A DNA stretch of 64,000 bases from an uncultured Opitutales bacterium (GCA_964593675.1 CAZQIE010000005.1:4994-68993); one strand, 5' to 3'. Positions 1 to 9,739 are shown, counted from the stretch's first letter. Made by a program: numbers and translations. The notes: generated from the letters alone by a model not told the origin.

Positions 1-816
1 GGCCTGCGCCCGCTCGTCTGCGGCAATATCAAGGGCTTCCAGGATGTACGCCGAAACCCTGCCACCCAGGCGGCCTTTGCGCAGAAGTGGAACCAAAAGC
101 CCCAGATGGTCGCCAGTTTTGCGGACGGCACGAAAATGTCGTTTGAGCAAGCGACGGTGGCCAACGGGGTGGGCTTCACGGTTTCGCGTCTGGGTATGTC
201 CGGGTGGGAGTTCTCACGCCATATCGACGAACTGACGTCGTGGTATGACGTGGACGAACTGAAGGCCCTCGGCGGCATCGTGGACTACGTCGTCGGCGCA
301 AAACCCACGCCCGCGGTGTACGTTTTCGCGTGCGCCGATGACCCCAAGCAGCGCGCCTACCTGCAATTCTATAAGCTCGGGCCGGGGCCCCTCTACAGCT
401 TCTATACACCTTACCATCTGTGTCATTTTGAGGTCCCCCTGTCCGTCGCGCGCGTCGTGCTGTTCCGGGACGTCATCCTCGCCCCACTGGGCGCACCGAA
501 GGTGGATGTCGTGGCCACCGCGAAAGTCGCGCTCAAAGCAGGCCAGATTCTCGACGGGATCGGTGGTTTCCTCACTTACGGGCAATGCGAAAAGGCGGAG
601 CTCGCCTTCCAGCAACGCCTGTTGCCGATGGGGCTATCCCACGGATGCCGCGTGCTCCGGGACATTCCGGCTGACCAGGTGCTCGCCTACGGGGACGTGG
701 AACTGCCAGCCCCAGGGGTCGCCGCGCTCCTCAGGCGGGAGCAGGATCGCCTTTTCGAGCCTGAGCTGGCAAAACCGGCGCCCGTGGCCTGGCAGGCACA
801 GAAGAAGATTGCGTGA
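1..816 (+). CDS. NAD(P)-dependent oxidoreductase with C-terminal SAF domain (homoserine dehydrogenase-like), 5'-truncated by window edge
   Basis: Frame is open from base 1 (GLRPLVCGNIKG...). Contains ADGTKMSFEQATVAN, GPGPLYSFYTPYHLCHFE and a SAF-like C-terminus (VATAKVALKAGQILDGIGG...LLPMGL...DQVLAYGDV). Confidence 0.75.
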   Translation, partial: GLRPLVCGNIKGFQDVRRNPATQAAFAQKWNQKPQMVASFADGTKMSFEQATVANGVGFTVSRLGMSGWEFSRHIDELTSWYDVDELKALGGIVDYVVGAKPTPAVYVFACADDPKQRAYLQFYKLGPGPLYSFYTPYHLCHFEVPLSVARVVLFRDVILAPLGAPKVDVVATAKVALKAGQILDGIGGFLTYGQCEKAELAFQQRLLPMGLSHGCRVLRDIPADQVLAYGDVELPAPGVAALLRREQDRLFEPELAKPAPVAWQAQKKIA

Positions 817-853
817 GCGGCTACGAAGGGGGGCATGCCGCGTACGCTGACCA

Positions 854-892
854 GAGGCCGGCGCATGGGGGAGCGCCGGCCTCCTTCTTTTT
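854..892 (+). terminator. Intrinsic terminator
   Basis: 11-bp stem gaggccggcgc/gcgccggcctc followed by cttcttttt, 38 nt after the stop at 816. Confidence 0.75.
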
Positions 893-909
893 GTTCGGGC
901 AAGGCCCGC

Positions 910-946
910 AAAAAAAAGGCGACCTGGCCAAAGCCGAGTCGCCTTT
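910..946 (-). terminator. Intrinsic terminator of the 968..2881 gene
   Basis: On the minus strand, stem aaaggcgac/gtcgccttt runs into a T8 tract just past the stop at 968. Confidence 0.7.
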
Positions 947-967
947 GAAAGCGCAAAACCTGCCGGA

Positions 968-2881
968 CTAATGAGGCAGACCGCCGGGGGGAGTTTCCTG
1001 GGTATCCGGGTTTTCGCCGATGCCTTCAGCACCGTCGGCCGGGATCGTGCCCAGATCCTTTTCCGGTCCGTCAATGGGCTTCGGCAGATCCTCACCGCCC
1101 ACTTCCTCTACGGAAACCTCGTCACCGGCATCTTCCTCCTCTGCCGCGGCCTGTGCCGCCTGCTTCTCAGGAAGCGGCGGCGGCGCGAACAGGCGGCCGT
1201 CGCCGTATTCCGTGACGTAACCTTCCGTCACGAGCCAGCGCAGGTCCAGCATGAGCTGGCGGCTGCGGGCATCCTGTTCCGGTGTAAGGGTAGGCCCGGC
1301 GGGCTCCGCCTTGGTTTCCACTTCAGGAGCAACCGGCGCCGTTTCGGCCTCTGCGGGCGCAGTTACCGCCCCCTCAGATTCCGGAGCAACGGGCAAGCCG
1401 GCCACCTCGACATCGCGCGGACGCGCGGGCGCGGCGACCTGATCCGCCGTGGGCTGCTCGACCGCCTCTGCGGGAGCGAGCGGCTGCTCGGTCGGAGCGG
1501 CGGCTACGGACTTCGGCAAACCGAGGAATTCCTGCGGCAGGTCCGCGACGTTGACCATCGCGTGCTGCTCGATAAACGTGAGCACCTGCTGGATCGAGTC
1601 GGCGAATACGGTGCCGGGCGTGCGGAACTTCCGCTTCACCGCGCACACGTAGGATACGCCCTTCGAGCCCTTCTTATAGATGCTGAACTTCATGCGGCGC
1701 AGACGGCCGCGAAGGTTGTTCGCCGTATCGAGCGGGAAGCGCCGCTGGTGATCGAGAACAGCCTCTACGGAGCGCCGGATGTTCGACTGCGGCAAAGTTT
1801 CGATGAGCTTACCGGCGAACCGCACCTGATCGACCGCGCGCACGAGCTGTTCCTTGCGCTTGTTCAGCAGGAAATGGCGGGCGGACTCAAGGGATTCAAA
1901 CGAGGTCTGCTCCCCTTCGAGCGGCAGTTTCAGCACGTACCGCGTCGACTTCGTCATCTTCTGCAACCACTGCTGTACGACTTCCGGGTCCTTGACCAGC
2001 TCAACGCGGGACAGGAAACGCTCGAACGACACGTGCGGGAGCCGCGTGGTGTGGTGCTCATGGAGCAGCGCCTGATAGCGGTGGTAATTTGGCGGTCCCA
2101 AGAGCTCACCCGTCATGCCACACTTGTTGATGCCGACGAAAGTGCCCTTCGGGGGCTCAACCGTCGTTTCCTCAATCGTGAAAAACTTGTCGAGGTGCTG
2201 CTTGAAAACGTGCGTAACGGCCTCGTCTTCGCGCTCGAACGGCAGACCATCGGGCGCAGAGAGGAAAAGGGTCTGCGCGGGTTCGCCCTGGCGGCCCTTC
2301 CGCGGCTTCACGACCACGAGGAACCCGTCATTCTTTTCGAGAATGACCTTCGCGATCTCAAAAAGCTCGTAGGTGCGGCAGGAAGCCCGCATCGCCTTGG
2401 TCAAGGCGCGGAACGGGGCGTCTTCCGGATAAAACAGGACGTCCACCGTCGGGCGGAACGGCAGCTCAGCGCCCGGGCGCGGGGCGCCGCGGCCTGCAAC
2501 CGGCGTACGGCCGCCGGGGCGACCTTCACCGCGAAAATCCCGGCGTTCCGGTGCGCCACCTTCACGGCCTTCAGGCCGATCCCCTCGAGGACGGTCGCCA
2601 AACGGACGGGAACCACCGCCCGCAGGGCCGCGCCAAGCGCCGCCTGCCGGCCTGTCGCCTCCACGACCGGGGGCATGGGGACGCCGATCCCGGGGAGGGC
2701 GTGCGCCGCTACCCGGAGGGCCCCGGCGTTCGCCGCGTTCGCGTTCGCGCTCTCGCCGCGCTCCGCCTTCGCCTCCTTCGCTCGTTGAGCTCCAATTGAT
2801 GCCGAAGCTCAAGTTCTTCAGGTCGGTGAGATCTGCGGGCTTCGCCTTTTCAGGCGCGTGTTCTGGATTATCGTCCGCCAT
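968..2881 (-). CDS. Hypothetical protein: Arg/Gly-rich disordered N-terminus, globular core, acidic tail
   Basis: 637-aa ORF followed by its own terminator. Natural-looking globular core (LFYPED...YELFEIAKVILEK...LLGPPNYHRYQ...RRFPLDTANNLRGRLRR). No family recognised. Confidence 0.8.
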   Translation of the reverse strand: MADDNPEHAPEKAKPADLTDLKNLSFGINWSSTSEGGEGGARRERERERGERRGPPGSGARPPRDRRPHAPGRGGDRPAGGAWRGPAGGGSRPFGDRPRGDRPEGREGGAPERRDFRGEGRPGGRTPVAGRGAPRPGAELPFRPTVDVLFYPEDAPFRALTKAMRASCRTYELFEIAKVILEKNDGFLVVVKPRKGRQGEPAQTLFLSAPDGLPFEREDEAVTHVFKQHLDKFFTIEETTVEPPKGTFVGINKCGMTGELLGPPNYHRYQALLHEHHTTRLPHVSFERFLSRVELVKDPEVVQQWLQKMTKSTRYVLKLPLEGEQTSFESLESARHFLLNKRKEQLVRAVDQVRFAGKLIETLPQSNIRRSVEAVLDHQRRFPLDTANNLRGRLRRMKFSIYKKGSKGVSYVCAVKRKFRTPGTVFADSIQQVLTFIEQHAMVNVADLPQEFLGLPKSVAAAPTEQPLAPAEAVEQPTADQVAAPARPRDVEVAGLPVAPESEGAVTAPAEAETAPVAPEVETKAEPAGPTLTPEQDARSRQLMLDLRWLVTEGYVTEYGDGRLFAPPPLPEKQAAQAAAEEEDAGDEVSVEEVGGEDLPKPIDGPEKDLGTIPADGAEGIGENPDTQETPPGGLPH

Positions 2882-2970
2882 GGGTGGTGGGCCTCGGAGA
2901 GAGAAACAAATACAATTTCAAGGCTTCAGCAAGAAGCAAAGCGCCGCGTCCGGCTAACCCCGGTGAAAAC

Positions 2971-4515
2971 CTAACGGGAGGAGTCTTCCGCAGAGGGGCT
3001 CTGTGAAACCTCGCACGGGATGCAGAAACCAAAGCACGAGCCTTTTCCCGGGTCGCTACTTACCCAGATATCGCCCTGCATCACCTCTACCAGCTTTTTG
3101 CAGATCGCGAGGCCCAGGCCAGTCCCGCCGAAGCGCCGCGCAATGGACGAGTCCGTCTGGACAAAGGGCTTGAAGAGGAGCGCCATGCGTTCCCGCTCAA
3201 TGCCCACGCCGGTATCGTGTATCTCAAACCCGACCGCAGGCTCGCCCTTGTGCAAGGCCGTTGTGACCGTCAGGGTGACGCGCCCTTCGTCCGTAAACTT
3301 CAACGCATTGTTTACGAGATTGAGCAGCACCTGCCGTATGCGCAGTTCGTCGCCCACAATCATCTTTGGGGAGTCCTTCGCGACCTCCACGACGAGCGGC
3401 AGGTTTTTTTTCTGCGCAAACGGGGTCGCCATCCGGACCGTCTGGTCCACGAGCTTCGCGACATCCACATTGCGCCTTTCGAGCTCAATTTTCCCGGATT
3501 CAATTTTCGAGTAATCGAGAATCTCGTTCAAAAGGTCCAGCAGGGTTTCTCCGCTACTCTCGATCGTCAGGACGTAATCGCTCTGTTCCTGATCGAGCTT
3601 CGTGTTGCGCAGGAGTGAAGCGTAGCCAATGACGCCATTCAGGGGGGTGCGGATCTCGTGGCTCACAATCGCGAGAAAATCGCTCTTTGCGCGATTGGCC
3701 GCTTCCGCAGCCTCCTTTGCTTGCCGCAACTCCACTTCGAGGCGTTTCTGGAAGGAAATGTCCGTCTGCGTTCCCACCATGCGGTAAGGGTGCCCCTGCT
3801 CGTCGCGCAGCGCCGTTCCACGGTTGAGGACCCATATGAAATGGCCGTCCTTGTGCAGGAACCGAGCCTCCACGTGGAAGCGCTCGCCCTTCCTAAGGTG
3901 GGCCGTCAGGCTTTCCTGAACATGCGCACGGTCCTCCGGGTGTATGAGCTGGACCCAGGTTTCATGCATGTCGCGCAGCTCAATCTCCTCGTAACCGAAC
4001 AGGCGCTTCAGGCTCGGGCTCAGGAATGTAACGCCCGTCTGCAGGTCCCAGTCCCACACGCCGTCGGTCGCGTGTTCGGCGATCAGCCTGAACCGTTCCT
4101 CACTGGCACGCAGCGCACTTTCGGCGCGCGCGAAATCCGTCACAAGCGTCGCAATGCAACACACGCCCACAATGCGCTTGCCGCCACCTTCAAGCGGGCG
4201 GAACTGTGTCTCGTAGTGCCGCACGCTGAAGTTCCCGCGATGCCGGCGCACGGTCGTGAAGCTTTCGCCATTCAGCGCGCGGCGGAAACAGGCAAGCAAT
4301 TCTTCGCGATCTACAGGCGAGCTGCGCGTTGCCTCGTCAAAAGACTGGCCGATACGGGGCGTGACGCCGTACATGCCTTTGAACTCCTCCCGAAAGGCTG
4401 CGTTGAACGCCGCAAAACGAAACTGCGGATCGAGCACGGCGACCATGTCACGCGAAACGCGGAGGATGTCGCCGATAAGTTGATCACTCCCTATGACTTT
4501 CCATAGTCCCGGCAC
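2971..4515 (-). CDS. Cytoplasmic PAS-PAS/PAC sensor histidine kinase
   Basis: Two PAS domains (DGVWDWD...WVQLIHPEDR...RMVGTQTDI), HisKA H-box SHEIRTPLNG, HATPase NLVNNALKFT, DTGVGI and GGTGLGL. No TM segment or REC domain. Confidence 0.92.
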   Translation of the reverse strand: MPGLWKVIGSDQLIGDILRVSRDMVAVLDPQFRFAAFNAAFREEFKGMYGVTPRIGQSFDEATRSSPVDREELLACFRRALNGESFTTVRRHRGNFSVRHYETQFRPLEGGGKRIVGVCCIATLVTDFARAESALRASEERFRLIAEHATDGVWDWDLQTGVTFLSPSLKRLFGYEEIELRDMHETWVQLIHPEDRAHVQESLTAHLRKGERFHVEARFLHKDGHFIWVLNRGTALRDEQGHPYRMVGTQTDISFQKRLEVELRQAKEAAEAANRAKSDFLAIVSHEIRTPLNGVIGYASLLRNTKLDQEQSDYVLTIESSGETLLDLLNEILDYSKIESGKIELERRNVDVAKLVDQTVRMATPFAQKKNLPLVVEVAKDSPKMIVGDELRIRQVLLNLVNNALKFTDEGRVTLTVTTALHKGEPAVGFEIHDTGVGIERERMALLFKPFVQTDSSIARRFGGTGLGLAICKKLVEVMQGDIWVSSDPGKGSCFGFCIPCEVSQSPSAEDSSR

Positions 4516-4664
4516 CGCTCTGTGATGTTAAGTTCGTATGTGTCAGCAGGTCAACCGTTCTCGCCGCTCACACGAATTTTGGGTGAGGCGTTCAGAACGG
4601 TTCCGTCACGCCACGGCTGCGTTTTTCGGCGCATCGTGTAAACTCCCGTTTCAAACATCCATCC

Positions 4665-6200
4665 ATGCGCATACACCAAAGCCGCACACCCCTGTCCCCC
4701 GAACTTGGTTCCACCTACTTTTACGAGACCTACGTAGAAAATCCGTTCTACAGCCAGAATTCGTTTATTAGGCTCGCCCCGCCGGCAACAACACCCCCCT
4801 GGCCGAAACTCGACGAGGTCCGCCACCTCCTCCCCCAGCCTCACTGGGCCGGCCATGAAGACACCATAGCCTGCTACTGGAAGGTCTGGGAGATCGCGTT
4901 CCGGAACTTCCGGCGCGCCACGGCAGAAAACGGCTTCGTGTCCGACTACAACGCGACCGCCTTTAACGACTCGGTGTTCATGTGGGACTCCGCGTTTATC
5001 ACCCTCTTCGGCCGCTACGGGCGCCACGCTTGGAACTTCCAGGGCACGCTCGACAATTTCTACGCGAAGCAGCACCCGGACGGTTTCATTTGTCGCGAGA
5101 TCTACGAGGTTAGCGGCTACGACAGGTTCCTGCGCTTTGACCCCAGCGGGACCGGCCCAAACGTCCTCCCGTGGGCGGAGTGGGAATACTACCAGACGAT
5201 GAGGGACCGCGCCCGCCTGGAAAAAGTGTTCGCTCCGCTCGCCGCCTATACGCGTTGGTTCCGCCTGAACCGCACCTGGCCCGACGGCAGCTATTGGGGC
5301 ACCGGCTGGTCAACGGGCATGGACAACCAGCCCCGCGTGCCCGCTGGCAGGCACGTCTGGTACGATCACGGCCACATGGCCTGGGTCGATACCTGCATGC
5401 AGGCCGTCCTCGCTGACAAGGTCCTGGTTGCAATGGCGAAGGAATTGGGGCGCGAAGAAGAGGCTGCGGAGTTCTCGCAGGAGGCCACCCGTCTGGCCGC
5501 GTGGATAAACGCACACCTGTGGTCCGACACAACCGGTTTCTACCACGACCGGCATGCCAACGGCTCCCTTCTTGAATCCGTAAAGACCATCGGCGCCTAT
5601 TGGGCTCTCCTCGCGGGCATTGTTCCGCCTGAACGGATGAGTCGTTTCGTTGCGCACCTCGACGACCCAAAAAGCTTTGCGCGTGCGCACCGCGTGGCCT
5701 CCCTCTCCGCAGACAGCCCTGGTTTTGATCCACGCGGCGGTTACTGGCTCGGCGGGGTTTGGGCACCCACAAATTACATGGTCTTGCGCGGGCTTACGAA
5801 GCTTGGCGGGAACGACAAGCTTGCGCATGAGATCGGCGTCAATCACGTCGCAAACGTGGTGCAAAGCTTCCTCAAGACCGGCACACTTTGGGAAAACTAC
5901 GCTCCGGATCTCGTTGGAGAAGGAAATAGCGGCAAAGACTTCGTCGGGTGGACGGGCGTGCCTCCCGTGGCCGTCCTCCTCGAATATGTTTTTGGTCTGC
6001 GCCCCGAAGCCGAACGCCTCGTCTGGGACGTGCGCCTTACCGAGGCACACGGCGTTGACCACTATCCCATTGGAGACGCCACGGTGTCCCTGCACTGCGC
6101 TGCCCGCAAGTCCACGACCGAAGCCCCCTCTGTCCGCGTGGACGGCAAGCTCCCCTGCCCTCTCGAGGTGAGGTGGGACGGTGGCAGCCGCATGCTTTAA
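4665..6200 (+). CDS. MGH1-like/GH63-related (alpha/alpha)6 glycoside hydrolase
   Basis: Motifs FMWDSAF, TGMDNQPR, YWLGGVWAPTNY and TLWENYAPD are typical of trehalase/MGH1-like hydrolases. No obvious signal peptide. Confidence 0.8.
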   Translation: MRIHQSRTPLSPELGSTYFYETYVENPFYSQNSFIRLAPPATTPPWPKLDEVRHLLPQPHWAGHEDTIACYWKVWEIAFRNFRRATAENGFVSDYNATAFNDSVFMWDSAFITLFGRYGRHAWNFQGTLDNFYAKQHPDGFICREIYEVSGYDRFLRFDPSGTGPNVLPWAEWEYYQTMRDRARLEKVFAPLAAYTRWFRLNRTWPDGSYWGTGWSTGMDNQPRVPAGRHVWYDHGHMAWVDTCMQAVLADKVLVAMAKELGREEEAAEFSQEATRLAAWINAHLWSDTTGFYHDRHANGSLLESVKTIGAYWALLAGIVPPERMSRFVAHLDDPKSFARAHRVASLSADSPGFDPRGGYWLGGVWAPTNYMVLRGLTKLGGNDKLAHEIGVNHVANVVQSFLKTGTLWENYAPDLVGEGNSGKDFVGWTGVPPVAVLLEYVFGLRPEAERLVWDVRLTEAHGVDHYPIGDATVSLHCAARKSTTEAPSVRVDGKLPCPLEVRWDGGSRML

Positions 6201-6376
6201 AACGGGCCAACGGCGCCCAAACCCCAGAGTTCCGGCCCGAAAGCGACCGGCGACAGCCTCGGCGCGGACGACTCTGCGTTGCGGCTTGCACCGACTCAAC
6301 GGCGAGCATGGGCGGCCCCGTCCTCGAGTCGGCGTGGGCGAAAAAGGCCCGGAAACAGATTCGGAAACTTAGACGT

Positions 6377-8050
6377 CTAGGCGACGTTGCGCCCGGCCAC
6401 GCGCAGCGCTGTGGCGAAATGGATGCGGAAGGCCTGAAGCGCCTTGTACACCTCTCCGGATAAATCCAGGGCCCGCCCACGGCTGCGCGACCCGGAGAGC
6501 ACGATAACGACCTCGCCCATGTCTTGCACGGGCAGGATTACCAGCGACCTCACCGTATACATTTTCATCCACTTTGGCACGTGCGGCTGGATCTTCGGCA
6601 GCGTGGCGTCGTGAATCAGGATGTCTTTGCGCTGGCTGATGCTGATCGAAAACAGTGTCCGCTCCTCGGGATCGACGACCGGCCGGTTCCGTATTCCGTC
6701 GATAATCGCCCCCTTGCCCGAGCGGGCAACAAAGATCCCAGAGTCCTCGTCCCGGATCAGCAGGACAAGGTCATCCAGGCGTAAAGCCTGGTGGATCGTC
6801 TGCACGGCGATCTCTACGATCTGCTGAAAGCTCGTGTGCGGAAACCCGATCTGGAAGGTCATCTGGGCGATGCCTTTTTGCAGGATATCCAACGCAAGCA
6901 GCTCTTCCCGCGAGGGCCCGTGGACTTCCTGATCGGGCGCTATGAGCAGGCGCTGATCTGCGGGCGGCGTGTAACCCTTCGTGGCTTGGTCTCCCGAGGC
7001 GGAAAGGATCGCTTGCGGGGCCGCGCGGCCGTGGGCTCCTGGGAACACCGGAGAGCCTTGCGTCTTCGGCGGCACGACGGGGGTGCGCACGGCCGGTTTG
7101 GGTGGCGACGCGCCGTTTACGCGGGCCTTGAATCCGCCAGAAATGGACGCCGGAAGCTGCGCAAAGCCATAGCGTTTGCAGAGGTTGCGCACCGTGTTGT
7201 CCACGGTCTTGAGAAGTTCCTGAATCAACTGCTCTTCCTGGGGAAGGCTGTTGCCGAAACGGGCAGCGAGGTCACCCGTTCTGCGCTCAAAGTCCGCTGG
7301 CGTGATGTCCGGGTCCACCGCAAGCTCACAGAGCTGGACCGAAAAGTCAGAACACAGTTGCAGTTCCTGTCCCGGCGTAGGCCGCTGTGTGCGCAACGTC
7401 TCGGCGGTGACGGGCTGGAGGGACTCCAGGACAACGGTCGGCAATTGGGAGTCCGACAGAATGCGGAAGCCGAGATTGATTGGCGTGAGGCCGAACACGC
7501 GCTCGAAGGCCTCGTCCGGCTGGCCCAACTGGCGCGCCAAGTCCTTCGCATACCTGAATTCCTCCACCAGGTACGTGCTCAGGAGAAGCTTGCCGTAATT
7601 GCGGAGCGACGCGCACACAAAGGCACGGTCGGGATCAGGAAACCCCTTGCGCTCAAGGATGTTCTGCGCCAGGACGCCGCTCGACAAGGCAAGCGCCGCA
7701 ACCTCGGTCTGCTCCAGCAGGTGCCCGGACTGGTCGGCCTTGTCCACAAGCAGCAACGATATGGCCAAGTTGCGAATCTTGCTGAAACCTACAATCTGGA
7801 TCGCCTGCGCGATCGTTGTGACGGGTACGCCGTGAGGGTTGTAGCCCAGCGTATTCGAGGCGCTGAGGACCTTCGCCATCAGCGTCACATCTTTGCAGAT
7901 AAGGTCCGCAAGCTCCTGGACGGAAATCGTGAACGCCCGTGACGCCAGCTCATGAAAAAGCTGGATTACCTCCGTCACAGTCGCCGACTCGTTCCGCTTG
8001 AGGCCTTCCTTTACCCGCTGGACCGTCTTTATCGCCAATTCCTGGCTCAT
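6377..8050 (-). CDS. HDOD-domain signalling protein with Pro-rich linker and C-terminal GAF-like domain
   Basis: HDOD signature (ELADLICKDVTLMAKVLSASN...TTIAQAIQIVGFSKIRNLA...LRNYGKLLL). C-terminal GAF-like stretch (ISQRKDILIHDA...SLVILPV). Confidence 0.8.
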   Translation of the reverse strand: MSQELAIKTVQRVKEGLKRNESATVTEVIQLFHELASRAFTISVQELADLICKDVTLMAKVLSASNTLGYNPHGVPVTTIAQAIQIVGFSKIRNLAISLLLVDKADQSGHLLEQTEVAALALSSGVLAQNILERKGFPDPDRAFVCASLRNYGKLLLSTYLVEEFRYAKDLARQLGQPDEAFERVFGLTPINLGFRILSDSQLPTVVLESLQPVTAETLRTQRPTPGQELQLCSDFSVQLCELAVDPDITPADFERRTGDLAARFGNSLPQEEQLIQELLKTVDNTVRNLCKRYGFAQLPASISGGFKARVNGASPPKPAVRTPVVPPKTQGSPVFPGAHGRAAPQAILSASGDQATKGYTPPADQRLLIAPDQEVHGPSREELLALDILQKGIAQMTFQIGFPHTSFQQIVEIAVQTIHQALRLDDLVLLIRDEDSGIFVARSGKGAIIDGIRNRPVVDPEERTLFSISISQRKDILIHDATLPKIQPHVPKWMKMYTVRSLVILPVQDMGEVVIVLSGSRSRGRALDLSGEVYKALQAFRIHFATALRVAGRNVA

Positions 8051-8147
8051 TACTCAAAAGACCCTTTAATGCCACCGGGATCTGTCCTTTTCAACCCCGT
8101 TTTCCTCATCCGGTTCAAAAAACCGTTTGTTCTGGCCCGGGCGGCAC

Positions 8148-8180
8148 AAAAAAGGGCACGCCGCGGCAACGGCGCGCCCT
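8148..8180 (-). terminator. Probable intrinsic terminator downstream of the DUF3347-like gene
   Basis: Minus strand reads agggcgcgccg-ttgccg-cggcgtgccc followed by T6. Confidence 0.55.
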
Positions 8181-8271
8181 GTGTAATCCACCGGCCCTAT
8201 CCCTGCCTGGAGACGCAGGCCTGAAGGCCCCTGATAATAAACCCGCGGGCCCAAACCGGCCCCGGGTCAGG

Positions 8272-8760
8272 CTACTTTCGCACGGACCCGCATTCGAGCA
8301 TCGCCTTGCCTGCATACGGGTTGGCGACCTTGCCTGCCGGCTGCAACCACTCCCCGTTCTTGATCATCGGGCAAGTCATGGCCTGGTAGCCGGGCGTCTT
8401 TCCCCAAGTAACGATCGCTTGCTGGGACAGAGCCTTGAACGCCTCACGGCCCTCGCCAATGTTCTTCCCTGCCGCGACCGCACGGGCTGCCTCAGCCACC
8501 GCCGTCTTCCCTTCGGCCTGCGCACGCACGGCAAGCTCGTCCGCTGCCGCCCGCGCCGCGTTCCAATCATCCGCCGCGAACGCCTTCCAGACCCGTTCGT
8601 ACGAGACGAGTGCCCCCTTTGCCTGCGCGGCCGCCGTCGTCTTGGGGCCATGTTCGCAGGTTGCCCCGTGCCCGCCTTCCGCGAAAACCGGGGTCGCCAC
8701 AGAAAACATCAGCGCAGCGGTGAGAAGACTGCCCGCCGTCTTGAAATTTCGAATACGCAT
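8272..8760 (-). CDS. Secreted DUF3347-like heavy-metal-binding protein
   Basis: Signal peptide (…ATPVFA). C-terminal motif CPM…WLQ…VANPY.GKAMLECG. Start chosen at ATG 8760. Confidence 0.75.
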   Translation of the reverse strand: MRIRNFKTAGSLLTAALMFSVATPVFAEGGHGATCEHGPKTTAAAQAKGALVSYERVWKAFAADDWNAARAAADELAVRAQAEGKTAVAEAARAVAAGKNIGEGREAFKALSQQAIVTWGKTPGYQAMTCPMIKNGEWLQPAGKVANPYAGKAMLECGSVRK

Positions 8761-8908
8761 AGTGAAATCCGCGGACCGGCGTACCAGCACGCCAAACCGT
8801 CCGCCTGGACCACTAAACGCGCCAGACGCGCAAATCCCTCACGCGACTTTTTCCGTGCGTTGCGGCAGCTCCTATCCAACAGAACTGAACTGAATGTGTT
8901 CTGGCCGT

Positions 8909-9739
8909 TCAGGGCAGCCACGGGTACTTCGAGAATTGCGGGCGCCGTTTTTGCAGGTACGCTTTGTGCCCCTCGCTGCCCTCCTCTGTCAGGTAATACA
9001 GCAGCGTCGCGTTGCCCGCGAGTTCCTGAATGCCTGCCTGACCGTCGCAGTCCGCATTGAACGCGCTCTTGAGGCACCGGATCGCCAGCGGGCTCTTTTC
9101 GAGCACCTCGTTGGCCCACTTCACGCCCTCTGCCTCCAATTGGTCCACCGGCACCACCGCGTTAACGAGCCCCATCTCCAGCGCCTGCTGAGCGTTGTAT
9201 TGACGGCACAAATACCAGATTTCCCGCGCCTTTTTCTGACCGACTATCCGCGCCAGGTAGCTCGACCCGAACCCGGCGTCAAAACTGCCCACCCGCGGCC
9301 CCGTCTGCCCAAAAACCGCGTTGTCCGCCGCGATCGTCAGATCGCAGACGACGTGTAGCACATGGCCGCCCCCGATCGCGTAACCGGCGACAAGCGCGAT
9401 CACCACCTTCGGCATCGTCCGGATCAGCCGTTGCAGGTCCAGCACGTTCAACCTCGGCAACCCGCCCTCGTCCACGTAGCCCGCCTGCCCACGCACGGTC
9501 TGATCCCCGCCGGAGCAGAAAGCGTATTTGCCGTCCGTCTGCGGGTTAGCCCCTGTCAGCAGCACGACCCCCACCTTGGGGTCCTCACGCGCGTCAAGGA
9601 ACGCCTCAATCATCTCCGTCACCGTTTTCGGGCGGAACGCGTTCCGCTTGTTCGTCCGGTTGATCGTCACCTTGGCGATTCCACCGCTCTTCTCGTAGGT
9701 GATGTCCTCGAACTCGCGCACCTTCTTCCAGGGTTCCAT
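8909..9739 (-). CDS. menB: 1,4-dihydroxy-2-naphthoyl-CoA synthase
   Basis: [59 protein letters not shown] and [15 protein letters not shown] are MenB hallmarks. Start at ATG 9739. Confidence 0.97.
   Translation of the reverse strand: MEPWKKVREFEDITYEKSGGIAKVTINRTNKRNAFRPKTVTEMIEAFLDAREDPKVGVVLLTGANPQTDGKYAFCSGGDQTVRGQAGYVDEGGLPRLNVLDLQRLIRTMPKVVIALVAGYAIGGGHVLHVVCDLTIAADNAVFGQTGPRVGSFDAGFGSSYLARIVGQKKAREIWYLCRQYNAQQALEMGLVNAVVPVDQLEAEGVKWANEVLEKSPLAIRCLKSAFNADCDGQAGIQELAGNATLLYYLTEEGSEGHKAYLQKRRPQFSKYPWLP

Noticed and set aside
971-2788. 605-aa plus-strand ORF
   Set aside because: Antisense shadow of the 968..2881 gene; no motifs, and typical of long open antisense frames in GC-rich DNA. 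The same applies to other long shadows such as 38850..40484, 30898..32247 and 57678..58889.
2971-4515. Frameshifted hybrid kinase with a REC domain in another frame
   Set aside because: Only ~90 nt separate the stop from the next gene, too little to encode a REC domain.
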